IMG/VR virus record: IMGVR_UViG_3300000313_000054 | Origin: a virus | DNA: 64,000 nt | Direction: 5' to 3' (one strand) | Part shown: positions 37,326 through 47,746 of the stretch, one piece after another | How positions within the stretch are numbered: position 1 is the stretch's first letter | Layout: each line of letters starts with the position of its first letter | The notes under the pieces: model-generated | What the model saw: only the letters and a program-made list of their open reading frames with translations | What the model was told of the DNA's origin: nothing | Databases searched by the model: none | Translations under genes and position numbers: made by a program

Positions 37326-37362
37326 GGGGGTGATGATATGAGCGTATCATCACTCCCAAATT
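37326..37362 (+). other. stable 13-bp hairpin without a U-tract in the intergenic region
   Basis: GGGGGTGATGATA-tgagcg-TATCATCACTCCC. Confidence 0.4.
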
Positions 37363-37380
37363 AAAAAGGTGGTGAATCAG

Positions 37381-37761
37381 ATGTTGACTTTTGCGTTTAT
37401 TGGTGTTTTAGCGTTAGTTCTTACCATCATTTCATTCAGATGGTACAATTTACTTTTGTCTTTTGTAGCTTGTTTGGCGTGGCTTGCTTTATGGGCTTAC
37501 AATTTGAGTTACCCAATGACAGGTGTAACTTCCAATTCATTTATTGGTGACGCTATTAACTTCTTACTTGTCCTTCTCGCTATTGTTACCATGCTAATTT
37601 ATTTTAGAAATCGTGGTAAAGCAGCAGGTTCATTTAATGCCAGTAGTAGTGATGAAGGTGTAAGACCTCAATTAAGTAATTCACAAACTAGGAATTTAAT
37701 GGACTTAGATACTAACGAATACAAAGCGTATTTAAAAGCTCGAAGAACTAATAGGAAATAG
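37381..37761 (+). CDS. membrane protein
   Basis: ATG after RBS aaggtgg; 3 TM helices. Confidence 0.55.
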   Translation: MLTFAFIGVLALVLTIISFRWYNLLLSFVACLAWLALWAYNLSYPMTGVTSNSFIGDAINFLLVLLAIVTMLIYFRNRGKAAGSFNASSSDEGVRPQLSNSQTRNLMDLDTNEYKAYLKARRTNRK

Positions 37762-37763
37762 AA

Positions 37764-37988
37764 ATGGATATTTATAGGTTGACTCCTCAAGGTGAAATGG
37801 TATCTCATACTATTAGACCTAATCTAAACAAGCCTAGATCACCGTATCGTTGGGCTATTATTTATAGGCTACGAGAAGGGTGTAAGGACAAGGATTCATT
37901 ACTTGATATGACAGGTGCTTCTTCAGGCGATTTATCATATTTACAAAGTAAGGGCGTTATTACTAAACGAGATGAAGTAGTTATTTAA
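37764..37988 (+). CDS. hypothetical protein
   Basis: 74 aa. Confidence 0.5.
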   Translation: MDIYRLTPQGEMVSHTIRPNLNKPRSPYRWAIIYRLREGCKDKDSLLDMTGASSGDLSYLQSKGVITKRDEVVI

Positions 37989-38003
37989 AAGGAGAAAAAT
38001 AAA

Positions 38004-38237
38004 GTGGCTGGTATTTTTGATATGTTTAAACCGAAACAAAAAAGTATAGACGAACTGGAAGAAGAAACAGAAAATCTTGAAGCAGCTAATCGTGAGAAAG
38101 ATCAAGAATTATCATACGAACAAAAGAAATTAGCAATAGCAGAATTGAAAGCAAGAGGTCTGAAAGTCTCTCAGTTTAGCGGTAACACTTTGGAAGATAA
38201 ATTTAAAAGTGCCGTGCGCTGGATTCGCAGTCACTAA
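38004..38237 (+). CDS. hypothetical coiled-coil protein
   Basis: GTG start after aaggag. Confidence 0.5.
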   Translation: MAGIFDMFKPKQKSIDELEEETENLEAANREKDQELSYEQKKLAIAELKARGLKVSQFSGNTLEDKFKSAVRWIRSH

Positions 38238-38379
38238 TATTATTTTTAAAGAGGTTCAGATGATAGATCAGAAATTCAAAGAGCCTAGCAAAAATAGAGT
38301 AAGAATTGGGAAACGTCTAGTATCTAAAAAACAATTGAGAAATAGAATAGAACTTGCTCAGAAAAATAAAAAATAATCA

Positions 38380-38409
38380 TTGACTTTAATATGTATGTAT
38401 TGGTATAAT
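38380..38409 (+). promoter_or_regulatory. sigma-70 promoter TTGACT-18-TGgTATAAT; ATG at 38416 is 6 nt after -10
   Basis: -35 at 38380-38385, -10 at 38404-38409. Confidence 0.65.
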
Positions 38410-38415
38410 GAGAAT

Positions 38416-39972
38416 ATGAGAAGAAAAATAATTATCTCAGTTTGCTTGATTTCATATGTACTATTTATTACTTTACCAGCTGTACTCCATCGATATATTT
38501 ATCCCAATTCAGGTGATGACTCTGCCACAATCCTTAATATGTTCCGTTTTGACAATTTAATGCAGTTAAATCATTATGGATATGCAATAATTGGATACCC
38601 TCTTAATTGGTTAGCATCTGTGACATCTATTCCACTGGCCTCTTTATATTTATGGTTCAGTTATATTGCATTGGTTGGAGTAGGACTTAGTTTATTCTTC
38701 ATTTTAACTAAGTTAGTTAACTATAAAGCTGGTTTACTTGCGTTAGTTATTCCGACTTTGCTATCGAGAGGTTTTATAACCCTATTTGACTACGGTATGA
38801 TCTTTAATATTATTAGTTCTGGCATTCTATTGCCGTTCTTGATTTATTTTTCAATTAAATATGTAATCACAAATCGAAAAGTCTACCTAATCTCATCTAT
38901 ATCACTCACATTTATATACAGTATCTTTCATACGATGGGTATTTATCTAGCTCCAATATGTTTAGTCATGTTAATGTTCTATATAATTTATAAAAGAAAA
39001 GAAGTTAATAATTCAATTATCCTATTTCTCGATGTGGTGATTATAACTAATTTGGTAGGAACAATATTAAGAATTTATCCATCAAGATTTTCTATTACTA
39101 ATACTGATATTCCAATTAGCCAGAGTTTAACAAACTTTTACGTGTACGTTTTGGTCTTGAGCCTTGTGATACTTTTATTCCTATATATTTTGCGTAAGAA
39201 TAGAATATTTAAGTGGCTATCATATAGTCTCATAGTCTTAATGGGTTGTACTTTAATCTGTGAATATCTTGTAATGAAACCAGAGGCGAGTTGGATAGTC
39301 AATGGTGTTACATCTGGTTCTGGTAAGATTATGCCGATTGATTGGATGTTAGAAATTATAAATCCAGTAACATTAATTGCGTTGTTTTTATCTATACTTT
39401 TAATATGGGGTTTAATTAAGGATTTAAAAACAGAAACTAAGTTATTAATTTTTGTTTATGTATTATTATCTTTAATGTTAGCAACCTTCGCTTTATTAGG
39501 TTTGACTCCTACACCAGATAGAATGACATTTGATTTAGCGAATATGATAGGTGTATTAACAGCTATTTGCGTTGGTTTAATGTGGAATTATAAGAAGTTA
39601 CATATAATAGTGGTAGCTATAGTGGTGATAAGTTTTTATTCAACATCTTTTGGATGGTGTAGTTATCGAAACGCTGTAAAGCCAGTCGATGTTGAGACTA
39701 TGGAATATTTAGATACATTGAACTATAGTTCTTATACTTGTTCTCCGACTATAAATCCAGACATCTACGATCAGTTTACTAAAGCGAAGTATAATAAAAA
39801 TTCTGATGTGCTTATAGTCCGTAATTTAGCTATGACCCCACAGAGCGACCCTACTAGTTTAGCTTATAATCCTCATGGTCAAACATCAACCGAAGGGTTT
39901 AAACTTGATAAAGAATTTAGTGAAACAATGCGTGGTATAGAGATTAAAATAGATATTTATATTAAGGAATAA
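38416..39972 (+). CDS. large polytopic membrane protein (about 12 or more TM); Wzy/GT-C-like polymerase or glycosyltransferase candidate; leaderless start
   Basis: the ORF track extends the start upstream of the promoter; in-frame ATGAGAAGAAAA at the predicted +1. Confidence 0.55.
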   Translation: MRRKIIISVCLISYVLFITLPAVLHRYIYPNSGDDSATILNMFRFDNLMQLNHYGYAIIGYPLNWLASVTSIPLASLYLWFSYIALVGVGLSLFFILTKLVNYKAGLLALVIPTLLSRGFITLFDYGMIFNIISSGILLPFLIYFSIKYVITNRKVYLISSISLTFIYSIFHTMGIYLAPICLVMLMFYIIYKRKEVNNSIILFLDVVIITNLVGTILRIYPSRFSITNTDIPISQSLTNFYVYVLVLSLVILLFLYILRKNRIFKWLSYSLIVLMGCTLICEYLVMKPEASWIVNGVTSGSGKIMPIDWMLEIINPVTLIALFLSILLIWGLIKDLKTETKLLIFVYVLLSLMLATFALLGLTPTPDRMTFDLANMIGVLTAICVGLMWNYKKLHIIVVAIVVISFYSTSFGWCSYRNAVKPVDVETMEYLDTLNYSSYTCSPTINPDIYDQFTKAKYNKNSDVLIVRNLAMTPQSDPTSLAYNPHGQTSTEGFKLDKEFSETMRGIEIKIDIYIKE

Positions 39973-39974
39973 AA

Positions 39975-40730
39975 ATGAAGGTAGTTATATTTTGTGGTGG
40001 TCGTGGTTTTAGACTTCAGGAGGAAACTGAGTATCGTCCTAAACCTTTGGTATCAATTGGTGGCATACCTATCTTAGTCCATATAATGAATATCTATTCC
40101 CGTTATGGAATTAATGAATTTATTCTATGTTTGGGTTATAAAGGTCAGATGATAAAAGACTACTTTATTAATTATGACACAATGACAAACGATGTCACAG
40201 TTGTATTAGGGGATGAACATAAAATTATAGTGGAAAGGAAACAAGAAAAACTTAATTCAGTAGTTACAATGGTGGATACTGGATTAGAAACAATGACAAG
40301 TGAACGCCTAACCAGAATTAAAAAATATATTGGAAATGAAACATTTATGCTAACTTATGGCGATGGTGTTTCAGATATAAATATTCAAGACTTACTTCTA
40401 TTTCACAAAGCACATGGAAAGATTGCAACAGTTACAGCAGTCCACCCGACTTCTAAGTATGGCGTAATTAAATCAGAACATGGTGAAGTCACAAAGTTCT
40501 CAGAAAAACCAGTACAAAGTGACAGAATTAGTGCTGGTTTTTTTGTATTTGAGCCGGAAGTTTTTAATTATCTAGATGACGGAATGTTAGAACAAACCCC
40601 ATTACATAAGTTGTCAGAAAATAAACAATTAAGAGCTTTTGAGCATAATGGATGTTTTCATTCTATGGATACTTATAGTGATTTTAATGAATTAAATAAA
40701 ATGTGGAATGAGGGGAAAGCTAAATGGTAA
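39975..40730 (+). CDS. rfbF: glucose-1-phosphate cytidylyltransferase
   Basis: [34 protein letters not shown]... is the RfbF/DdhA signature. Confidence 0.8.
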   Translation: MKVVIFCGGRGFRLQEETEYRPKPLVSIGGIPILVHIMNIYSRYGINEFILCLGYKGQMIKDYFINYDTMTNDVTVVLGDEHKIIVERKQEKLNSVVTMVDTGLETMTSERLTRIKKYIGNETFMLTYGDGVSDINIQDLLLFHKAHGKIATVTAVHPTSKYGVIKSEHGEVTKFSEKPVQSDRISAGFFVFEPEVFNYLDDGMLEQTPLHKLSENKQLRAFEHNGCFHSMDTYSDFNELNKMWNEGKAKW

Positions 40731-41698
40731 ATTGGCAGGACAGACCTGTTTTAGTTACAGGTGCTACAGGATTATTAGGTGGTTGGCTTACTAAAAGGTT
40801 AATAGATTTAAATGCGGGTGTTGTTTGTTTAGTAAGAGATTGGAACCCGAATAGTTTATTTGAAATGAACAGATTAGAGGAATCAGTATGTGTAGTTAAT
40901 GGCGATATTACAGACCAGAGATTATTAGAAAGAATATTAGGTGAATATGAAATTGAGATGGTATTCCATTTAGCTGCCCAAACTATTGTAGGGATTGCAA
41001 ATCGTAATCCAGCATCAACATTTGAATCCAATATTAAAGGTACGTGGTCATTATTAGAAGCGTGTAGAAGAAGTCCTAAAGTTCAGTCAATTGTAGTCGC
41101 ATCAACGGATAAAAGTTATCGTGAGGATTGTAAGTTACCTTATAAAGAAGATATGGCATTAGGTGGTAGTTATCCTTACGATGTTTCAAAATCTTGTGCC
41201 GATTTAATTGCACAATCCTACGGTAAAACTTATCAACTTCCCGTGGCTATTACACGATGTGGAAACTTATACGGTGGTGGTGATTTGAATTGGAATAGAG
41301 TGATACCTGGAACAATCAGATCAGTTATTCGTGGTGAGCAACCAGTAATTAGATCGAATGGAAAGTTTATCAGAGATTATGTTTACGTTCAAGATGCTGT
41401 AAACGCATATATAAAATTATCAGAGTGTGTCTCAGAAAACAATGTTTTAAATGGTCAGGCGTTTAATTTTTCCAATGATACCCCAATGAACGTATTGCAA
41501 ATAGTGGATAGTGTATTAAATTTAATGCAAAGTAAACTGAAACTTATTGTTCAAAATAAAGCGAGTAACGAGATATTAGAACAAAGTTTATCATCAGAAA
41601 AAGCATTTAATCTATTGGGTTGGAAGTCTGAGTATACATTAGAACAAGGTTTGGATGAAACTATTAAGTGGTATAAGGGGTATTTCAGTGAAAGATAG
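40724..41698 (+). CDS. rfbG: CDP-glucose 4,6-dehydratase (SDR)
   Basis: [19 protein letters not shown] Rossmann motif, YDVSK catalytic pair. Confidence 0.7.
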   Translation: MVNWQDRPVLVTGATGLLGGWLTKRLIDLNAGVVCLVRDWNPNSLFEMNRLEESVCVVNGDITDQRLLERILGEYEIEMVFHLAAQTIVGIANRNPASTFESNIKGTWSLLEACRRSPKVQSIVVASTDKSYREDCKLPYKEDMALGGSYPYDVSKSCADLIAQSYGKTYQLPVAITRCGNLYGGGDLNWNRVIPGTIRSVIRGEQPVIRSNGKFIRDYVYVQDAVNAYIKLSECVSENNVLNGQAFNFSNDTPMNVLQIVDSVLNLMQSKLKLIVQNKASNEILEQSLSSEKAFNLLGWKSEYTLEQGLDETIKWYKGYFSER

Positions 41699-42896
41699 AA
41701 TAAGAGTTCCTTATGCTGGTAGAGTCTACGATGATAACGAAATTAATAATTTAATTGATGCTTCTAAAAAGTTCTGGTTAACAAGTGGAGAATATTCTGG
41801 AAAATTTAAGAAAGGATTATCAGAATTTACAGGTGTTAAATACGTTGTCTTAACTAATTCAGGTTCGTCAGCTAATCTCTTAGCAATTTCAAGTCTTAAA
41901 GCAATTGGTAAATTAAAAGATGGTGATGAAGTAATCACTACAGCCTGTGGTTTCCCAACTACCCTAAATCCTATTATTCAGAATAATTTAGTTCCAGTAT
42001 TTGTAGACGTAGACGATACGTTAAATATCGATGTTACTAAACTTGAAGCGGCATTATCGCCTAAAGTTAAAGCACTAATGATACCTCATACTCTAGGTAA
42101 CCCCTTTGATATTTCAAGAGTAATGTCTTTCGCAATAAGACATGAAATCGAGATTATAGCAGATTGTTGTGATGCGTTGGGGTCACAGTATCGAAATATG
42201 TCAGTAGAGCAATGTGCAACTATTTCTACGCACTCGTTCTACCCTGCTCATGGAATTACGTGCGGTCAGGGTGGAGCAGTTTTAACTAATTCTAAAGAGC
42301 TATATCGTGTAATTAATTCTATGAATACTTGGGGGCGTGACTGCACCTGTAATTCAGGACAAGATAATAAATGTGGTAAAAGATTTGAAGGACAATATGG
42401 TGATTTACCATTTGGTTACGACCATAAATATGTTTATTCATACATAGGTTATAATTTTGAAATGACTGATTTGCAGTCGGCAATTGGTGTCGCTCAATTA
42501 GAAAAGTTGCCCGATTTCATAAGACTTAGAAAGAGTAATTATAAGTATTTGTATAACAATCTTAAAAAGTTTGGCGTTGTATTTAAGTTTCCCACAGTCA
42601 ATCAAGGAGCAGACCCTTGTTGGTTCTCATTTCCAATAACAATGAGAAATACAACAGCATTAAGAAGGAATGATGTTGTTAAATATTTAGAAGAAAACAG
42701 TATTCAGACACGCTTGTTATTTGGTGGAAATTTATTAAGACAACCTGCTTATAAAAATATTCAACATAGGGTAGTTGGAGAATTAACAAATACAGATTAC
42801 ATTATGAATAATTCGTTTTTCATTGGGGTCTATCCTGGTTTGGATAAAAAGAAATTAGACTACATGATTGAGGCGATTGAGGACTTGGTGGGATGA
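41655..42896 (+). CDS. rfbH: DegT/DnrJ family PMP enzyme with C-x-C-x7-C Fe-S motif: CDP-4-keto-6-deoxyglucose 3-dehydrase (E1)-like
   Basis: aminotransferase fold motifs plus [11 protein letters not shown], the [2Fe-2S] motif characteristic of E1; likely start is the GTG at 41688. Confidence 0.6.
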   Translation: MKLLSGIRGISVKDRIRVPYAGRVYDDNEINNLIDASKKFWLTSGEYSGKFKKGLSEFTGVKYVVLTNSGSSANLLAISSLKAIGKLKDGDEVITTACGFPTTLNPIIQNNLVPVFVDVDDTLNIDVTKLEAALSPKVKALMIPHTLGNPFDISRVMSFAIRHEIEIIADCCDALGSQYRNMSVEQCATISTHSFYPAHGITCGQGGAVLTNSKELYRVINSMNTWGRDCTCNSGQDNKCGKRFEGQYGDLPFGYDHKYVYSYIGYNFEMTDLQSAIGVAQLEKLPDFIRLRKSNYKYLYNNLKKFGVVFKFPTVNQGADPCWFSFPITMRNTTALRRNDVVKYLEENSIQTRLLFGGNLLRQPAYKNIQHRVVGELTNTDYIMNNSFFIGVYPGLDKKKLDYMIEAIEDLVG

Positions 42897-43831
42897 ACTT
42901 ACTATCTAAAGATTTAAAATATATGGCTGATAATGTGGATTGGGTTGAATTAAACAATTCACGTATTTTAATAACAGGTGCATCAGGGTTTGTTGGAAGT
43001 TGGATGGTAGACAGTATTCTCTATGCTAAAGATAAATTTAAGTTAGATATTGAAGTTTGTGTTTTAACCAGAGACTTTAATAAATTATTGGATATGTATG
43101 GTAATAAGGTTACTATTTATAGTGGGGATGTAAGAGATGTTTCATTAGGTGGGTTTGATTATATTATCCATTTAGCTTCACATGAAGGTCATAGATTAAT
43201 GGTTGATAATCCGATAGAAATGTACGATATCATAGCGAATGGTGCTTGGAATATGTTAAGACTTGCATGCAAATGTAGTTGTAAAAAAATCCTTTATATG
43301 AGTTCTGGAGTAGTAACTAAAGAAGAAATTAATCCTTATTCACAGGGTAAAAAGATGGGTGAATATCTTTGTAATCTCTATCACGAACAATACGGGTTGG
43401 ATATAAAAATAGCCAGAGGATTTGATTTCATTGGTGGTAGAATACCATTAGACAAACACTTTGCAATAGGCAATTTTATAAACGATATATTAAATGATAG
43501 GCCAGTAGACATAAAGAGTGATGGACTTGCCGTAAGGTCGTATCTTTATATGGCAGATGTTGTAGTTTGGTTGTGGACTATATTATTAAAAGGGCAATCA
43601 TGTGTTCCATATAACGTTGGTTCTCATAAGGCATATACAATAGGTAGTGTGGCGAGAATGGTAGCGGATTTTGGTAGGTATAATAAAGGTATAAATTGTC
43701 ACTCATTAAGTAGCGGAGTAAACGATAGTTATTATCCTGAAATTAATAACGTAAAAGACTTGGGGTTGATGCAAATGGTAGGATTAAACGATGCTATTAA
43801 AATGACATTAGATTGGTATAAAAACTTTTAA
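42893..43831 (+). CDS. NAD-dependent sugar epimerase/reductase (SDR)
   Basis: ITGASGFVGSW, YSQGK. Confidence 0.6.
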   Translation: MNLLSKDLKYMADNVDWVELNNSRILITGASGFVGSWMVDSILYAKDKFKLDIEVCVLTRDFNKLLDMYGNKVTIYSGDVRDVSLGGFDYIIHLASHEGHRLMVDNPIEMYDIIANGAWNMLRLACKCSCKKILYMSSGVVTKEEINPYSQGKKMGEYLCNLYHEQYGLDIKIARGFDFIGGRIPLDKHFAIGNFINDILNDRPVDIKSDGLAVRSYLYMADVVVWLWTILLKGQSCVPYNVGSHKAYTIGSVARMVADFGRYNKGINCHSLSSGVNDSYYPEINNVKDLGLMQMVGLNDAIKMTLDWYKNF

Positions 43832-43885
43832 TAAGTGTTGGTTAATGGTATAATTAAGTATGTAGTAAGGATTGGATTTATATAA

Positions 43886-45379
43886 ATGAGACTAAATGAA
43901 GTAATGCCATTATTTATACTCGAAATGGCTAATTCCCACTCAGGTAATTTGGAACATGGTTTAAAAATAATTAACGAAATGCGTAAAGCAACTCAAAACT
44001 TTAATTTCAAATTAGCTATAAAGTTTCAGTACAGGGACATAGACTCATTCATCCATCCAGATTTTAAAGGTGATTATTCGTTTAAATATATAAAAAGGTT
44101 TTCAGAAACACGACTAAAAGAATCTGATTTATTGACTTTAAAAACTGAAGCTCAAAGGTTAGGTTTCATCACGATGTGTACTCCATTTGATGAAAACTCA
44201 GTGGACTTAGTTGAAAAGCATAATTACGATATCATAAAGATCGCCTCATGTTCATTTACCGACTGGCCTCTATTAGAAAGAATTATAAAGACAGATAAAC
44301 CAATAATTGCTTCAACAGCAGGTATTGATATGAAAGATATTGAGAGTTTTGTTTCCTTTATGGAACATCGGAATAAAGACTTTGCATTGTTACATTGTGT
44401 AGCGCAGTATCCAACACCTGATAAATATTTATCGTTGGGTAGAATTAAAATTCTCAAAGACAAATTCCCTGAAATACCGATTGGTTATTCAACACACGAA
44501 AATCCAGATAACTATGATTCTATTAAAGTTGCTATCGGTCAAGGTGCTACAATATTTGAGAAACATGTAGCTATACATACCGATGAGATAATGCCTAATG
44601 CGTATTCTGCGATACCAGAACAAGTAGGAAAGTGGTTACAGTCTGCTTTACACGCTTACGAAATGTTGGAAGTTTCAGAACCAAAAGAGAACGAATTAAA
44701 AGAGTTGAAAGCCTTACAACGTGGTGCGTATTGTAAGCGTAAAATTAAAGTAGGTGAACCTGTAAAATTAGAAGATGTATTCTTTGCTATACCAACAGTT
44801 GAAGGGCAATATACAGCCAACGATTTTTCAAAATATGTAGAATTTAAGACTAAAATTGATATTCCAGAAAAATACGCATTACTTAAAGATGATATCCAAA
44901 AAATAGATAAAAGAAATGGAGTATCCGTTATCGTTCATAAGGTTAATGACTTTATTAAACAATCTGGTTTGTCTATCCCATCTAAGGTCGATATAGAAGT
45001 TTCACATCACTACGGAATGGAATTTTTTGATTTGTATGGTATGACTATTTTTACAATTATTAATGAGGAGTACTGTAAGAAATTATTAGTTTTATTGCCT
45101 AATCAACAACATCCTACTCAGTACCATAAAAAGAAAACAGAAACATTCCATATATTAGCAGGTGAAGTATTTATTACTTTAAACGGATGTAAACAGAAAT
45201 ACGTAAAAGATGATATTATCACAGTTAATATTGGTGTAAAACATTTTATGGAAACATTAACTGGTGTAGTGATTGAGGAAATATCAAGTACTCATTACAA
45301 AGATGACTCTTTTTATACAGATGAAAAGATAAACTCTAATCCAAATAGAAAAACAAAATTAACATATTGGTTGGAATAA
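43886..45379 (+). CDS. NeuB/PseI-like sugar-acid synthase (PEP condensing) with SAF domain and an extra C-terminal cupin-like domain
   Basis: N-terminal FILEMANSHSGNLEHGLKII pattern, SAF-like RKIKVGEPVKLEDVF, C-terminal 150-aa extension. Confidence 0.5.
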   Translation: MRLNEVMPLFILEMANSHSGNLEHGLKIINEMRKATQNFNFKLAIKFQYRDIDSFIHPDFKGDYSFKYIKRFSETRLKESDLLTLKTEAQRLGFITMCTPFDENSVDLVEKHNYDIIKIASCSFTDWPLLERIIKTDKPIIASTAGIDMKDIESFVSFMEHRNKDFALLHCVAQYPTPDKYLSLGRIKILKDKFPEIPIGYSTHENPDNYDSIKVAIGQGATIFEKHVAIHTDEIMPNAYSAIPEQVGKWLQSALHAYEMLEVSEPKENELKELKALQRGAYCKRKIKVGEPVKLEDVFFAIPTVEGQYTANDFSKYVEFKTKIDIPEKYALLKDDIQKIDKRNGVSVIVHKVNDFIKQSGLSIPSKVDIEVSHHYGMEFFDLYGMTIFTIINEEYCKKLLVLLPNQQHPTQYHKKKTETFHILAGEVFITLNGCKQKYVKDDIITVNIGVKHFMETLTGVVIEEISSTHYKDDSFYTDEKINSNPNRKTKLTYWLE

Positions 45380-45381
45380 AA

Positions 45382-45681
45382 ATGATATATGGTATTGATA
45401 TGGATGGAGTAATTTGTAAAACTAATGGGACTGATTATCAACATAGTGTACCAGTTAGTGACGTAATCGACAAAATAAATTCATTATATCACAAAGGCGA
45501 TAAGATAATTATTTATACAGCAAGAGGAACCAAGTCTGGATTAGATTTAAGACAACTAACGCAGAGCCAATTAAAAGCGTGGGACGTTAAGTACCATGAA
45601 TTGATATTCGGGAAGCCAGTCTTTGATATTTATGTTGGTGATGAAGCAATCAATATAATAAATTGGATGGAGAGTAAATGA
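45382..45681 (+). CDS. small HAD-superfamily phosphatase
   Basis: MIYGIDMDGVI begins with the DxDGV motif I. Confidence 0.5.
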   Translation: MIYGIDMDGVICKTNGTDYQHSVPVSDVIDKINSLYHKGDKIIIYTARGTKSGLDLRQLTQSQLKAWDVKYHELIFGKPVFDIYVGDEAINIINWMESK

Positions 45682-46733
45682 TAATACAGCAACAAGAAGA
45701 AATCTTAAAACGTAATTATGTTAAAGAAATGAAACCGTATGTTTACAGGAAAATGATGAAGTTTCCAGAAAAAGTAGCTCGTGGTGAAAGCGTTGCGATA
45801 ATCCAATTCCAGTATGATTATAAATGTAATTTCAGGTGTGTTCATTGTTCGATTAAACGATTTCAAAATAAAAAAGATGTTCGTAAAATGTCTATTAATG
45901 ATGTTAAAAACTTATCAAAACAGGCAGATGAATTGGGACTTGCAAGGTTCGTTATTACAGGTGGAGAACCACTAATTTTTAAAGACTTTGACCAATTAGT
46001 GAGTGCTATAGACCCACATAAATTTTATATTAATTGTGATACTAATGGTTGGTTTTTAGATAGACTGAAAGTAAAACATTTAAAGTCCATTGGAGTAGAT
46101 AGAATACAATTAAGTATTGATAGCCTTGATAGAAAAGAGCATGATGATTTTAGAATGGCAGAAGGTTCACATGAAAGAGCTATGAAAGCTGTTGACTTTT
46201 GTTTGCAAGAAGGTATGAACATTTTTATTCAAACCGTAGTTTCTAAACAAAGATTATATACTCAAGAATTTGTTGAGTTTATAAAATATTTTAACAAAAA
46301 AAATGTCGGCGTATTTGTTTCATTTGCAAAACCAGTAGGAAGTTGGCAGGGTAATTTTGACGTATTAATAAACGATAATGACCTAATGTATTTTGAGAAT
46401 GCTTTGCAGAGTAGATATAAAGTATTTTCTCATTTAACACCATCCTATGGTAGTAAAGGTGGTTGCGTAGCATCTACAAATATACTATCAATTAATGAGA
46501 CAGGTGACGTACTTCCATGTATTTATTTTCCTGTATCAATAGGTAATATCTTTGATGAATCATTAAAAGATATACTCGAAAGGGCAGTTAGATTAAAACC
46601 TTTTAAGACTGACATTTGCCCAATGGCAGTTAAGAGCGACTTTATTGAGAAATACCTTGTGAAAACATATAACAAGGACTTACCAGTAGATTATAGAGAA
46701 ATATTTAGTGAGGAAGATTTTATTAATGGGTAA
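45678..46733 (+). CDS. radical SAM enzyme with C-terminal Cys-rich (SPASM/twitch-like) region
   Basis: CNFRCVHC CxxxCxxC motif; later GGCVASTN...CIYFP cysteines. Confidence 0.65.
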   Translation: MIIQQQEEILKRNYVKEMKPYVYRKMMKFPEKVARGESVAIIQFQYDYKCNFRCVHCSIKRFQNKKDVRKMSINDVKNLSKQADELGLARFVITGGEPLIFKDFDQLVSAIDPHKFYINCDTNGWFLDRLKVKHLKSIGVDRIQLSIDSLDRKEHDDFRMAEGSHERAMKAVDFCLQEGMNIFIQTVVSKQRLYTQEFVEFIKYFNKKNVGVFVSFAKPVGSWQGNFDVLINDNDLMYFENALQSRYKVFSHLTPSYGSKGGCVASTNILSINETGDVLPCIYFPVSIGNIFDESLKDILERAVRLKPFKTDICPMAVKSDFIEKYLVKTYNKDLPVDYREIFSEEDFING

Positions 46734-47745
46734 TAAAGCTACAGATGTAAGTGGAACAGCACCAGGTGGACAACGTATACGATTGGTAGACTCTTTGCCG
46801 TTAAAAACACCTTACCTTATTGAGATATTCCCTAGTTATCTTTGTAATTTTAAATGTAAGTATTGTATACATTCGATACCATTAAAAGAACGTGGTTACA
46901 TATCAGATAAGATACACATGGACTTTGTAATGTATAAAAGATGTATTGATGACATTAGTAAGTTCCCTGAAAAATTAAAAGTTTTAAGATTTGCAGGAAT
47001 GGGAGAACCTTTACTACATCCAGATATTGTGGGGATGGTTGCGTATGCAAAATATAAAAACATAGCCGATAAAATAGAGATATTAACTAATGGCTCATTA
47101 TTAACTCATAAGTTATCTGATGCGTTAATTAAAGCAGGTTTAACACGACTATATGTCTCCTTGCAAGGTTTATCAAGTGAACGATATCTCGAAGTTAGTG
47201 GAATAAAATTGGACTTTGATAAGTTTGTTGACAATATTAGGTATTATTATGAATCTAAAGGTGACTTAAAAATTCACATAAAAATTATTGACTACACATT
47301 GAAGGATGATAAAGAAAAGGCTCAGTTTTACCAAATATTTAGTGGCATTTGTGATACTATAGGAATAGAATTGGCAAGTCCGATCTATCCGTATGTTGAT
47401 TATAATAAAGTGCTAGAGAAAAATAATGATACTAAAACACAGTTTGGATTATGTTTGAATAATATTAAGACTTGTCCACAACCATTTTTCAGGTTACATA
47501 TAATCCCAGACTTTAATGTTATTCCATGTTACTCTATGGAATATCCTGAAATAATTGGAAACTGTGCGAATGATTCAATCGTTGATATTTGGAAAGGTGG
47601 TAATTTAAAAAAGTTTAGATTAGGTATGTTAAAAGAGGGCGTTTGTTTTAATAAGATTTGTAATAAATGTAAAATTATTAAATGTAGAATATTTCAAGAG
47701 GACATTCTGGATAACGATGTTGAGAGATTAAAGGGGTTATATTAA
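46726..47745 (+). CDS. second radical SAM enzyme with C-terminal Cys-rich region
   Basis: CNFKCKYC; start placed at ATGGGTAA overlapping the upstream stop. Confidence 0.65.
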   Translation: MGNKATDVSGTAPGGQRIRLVDSLPLKTPYLIEIFPSYLCNFKCKYCIHSIPLKERGYISDKIHMDFVMYKRCIDDISKFPEKLKVLRFAGMGEPLLHPDIVGMVAYAKYKNIADKIEILTNGSLLTHKLSDALIKAGLTRLYVSLQGLSSERYLEVSGIKLDFDKFVDNIRYYYESKGDLKIHIKIIDYTLKDDKEKAQFYQIFSGICDTIGIELASPIYPYVDYNKVLEKNNDTKTQFGLCLNNIKTCPQPFFRLHIIPDFNVIPCYSMEYPEIIGNCANDSIVDIWKGGNLKKFRLGMLKEGVCFNKICNKCKIIKCRIFQEDILDNDVERLKGLY

Positions 47746-47746
47746 A

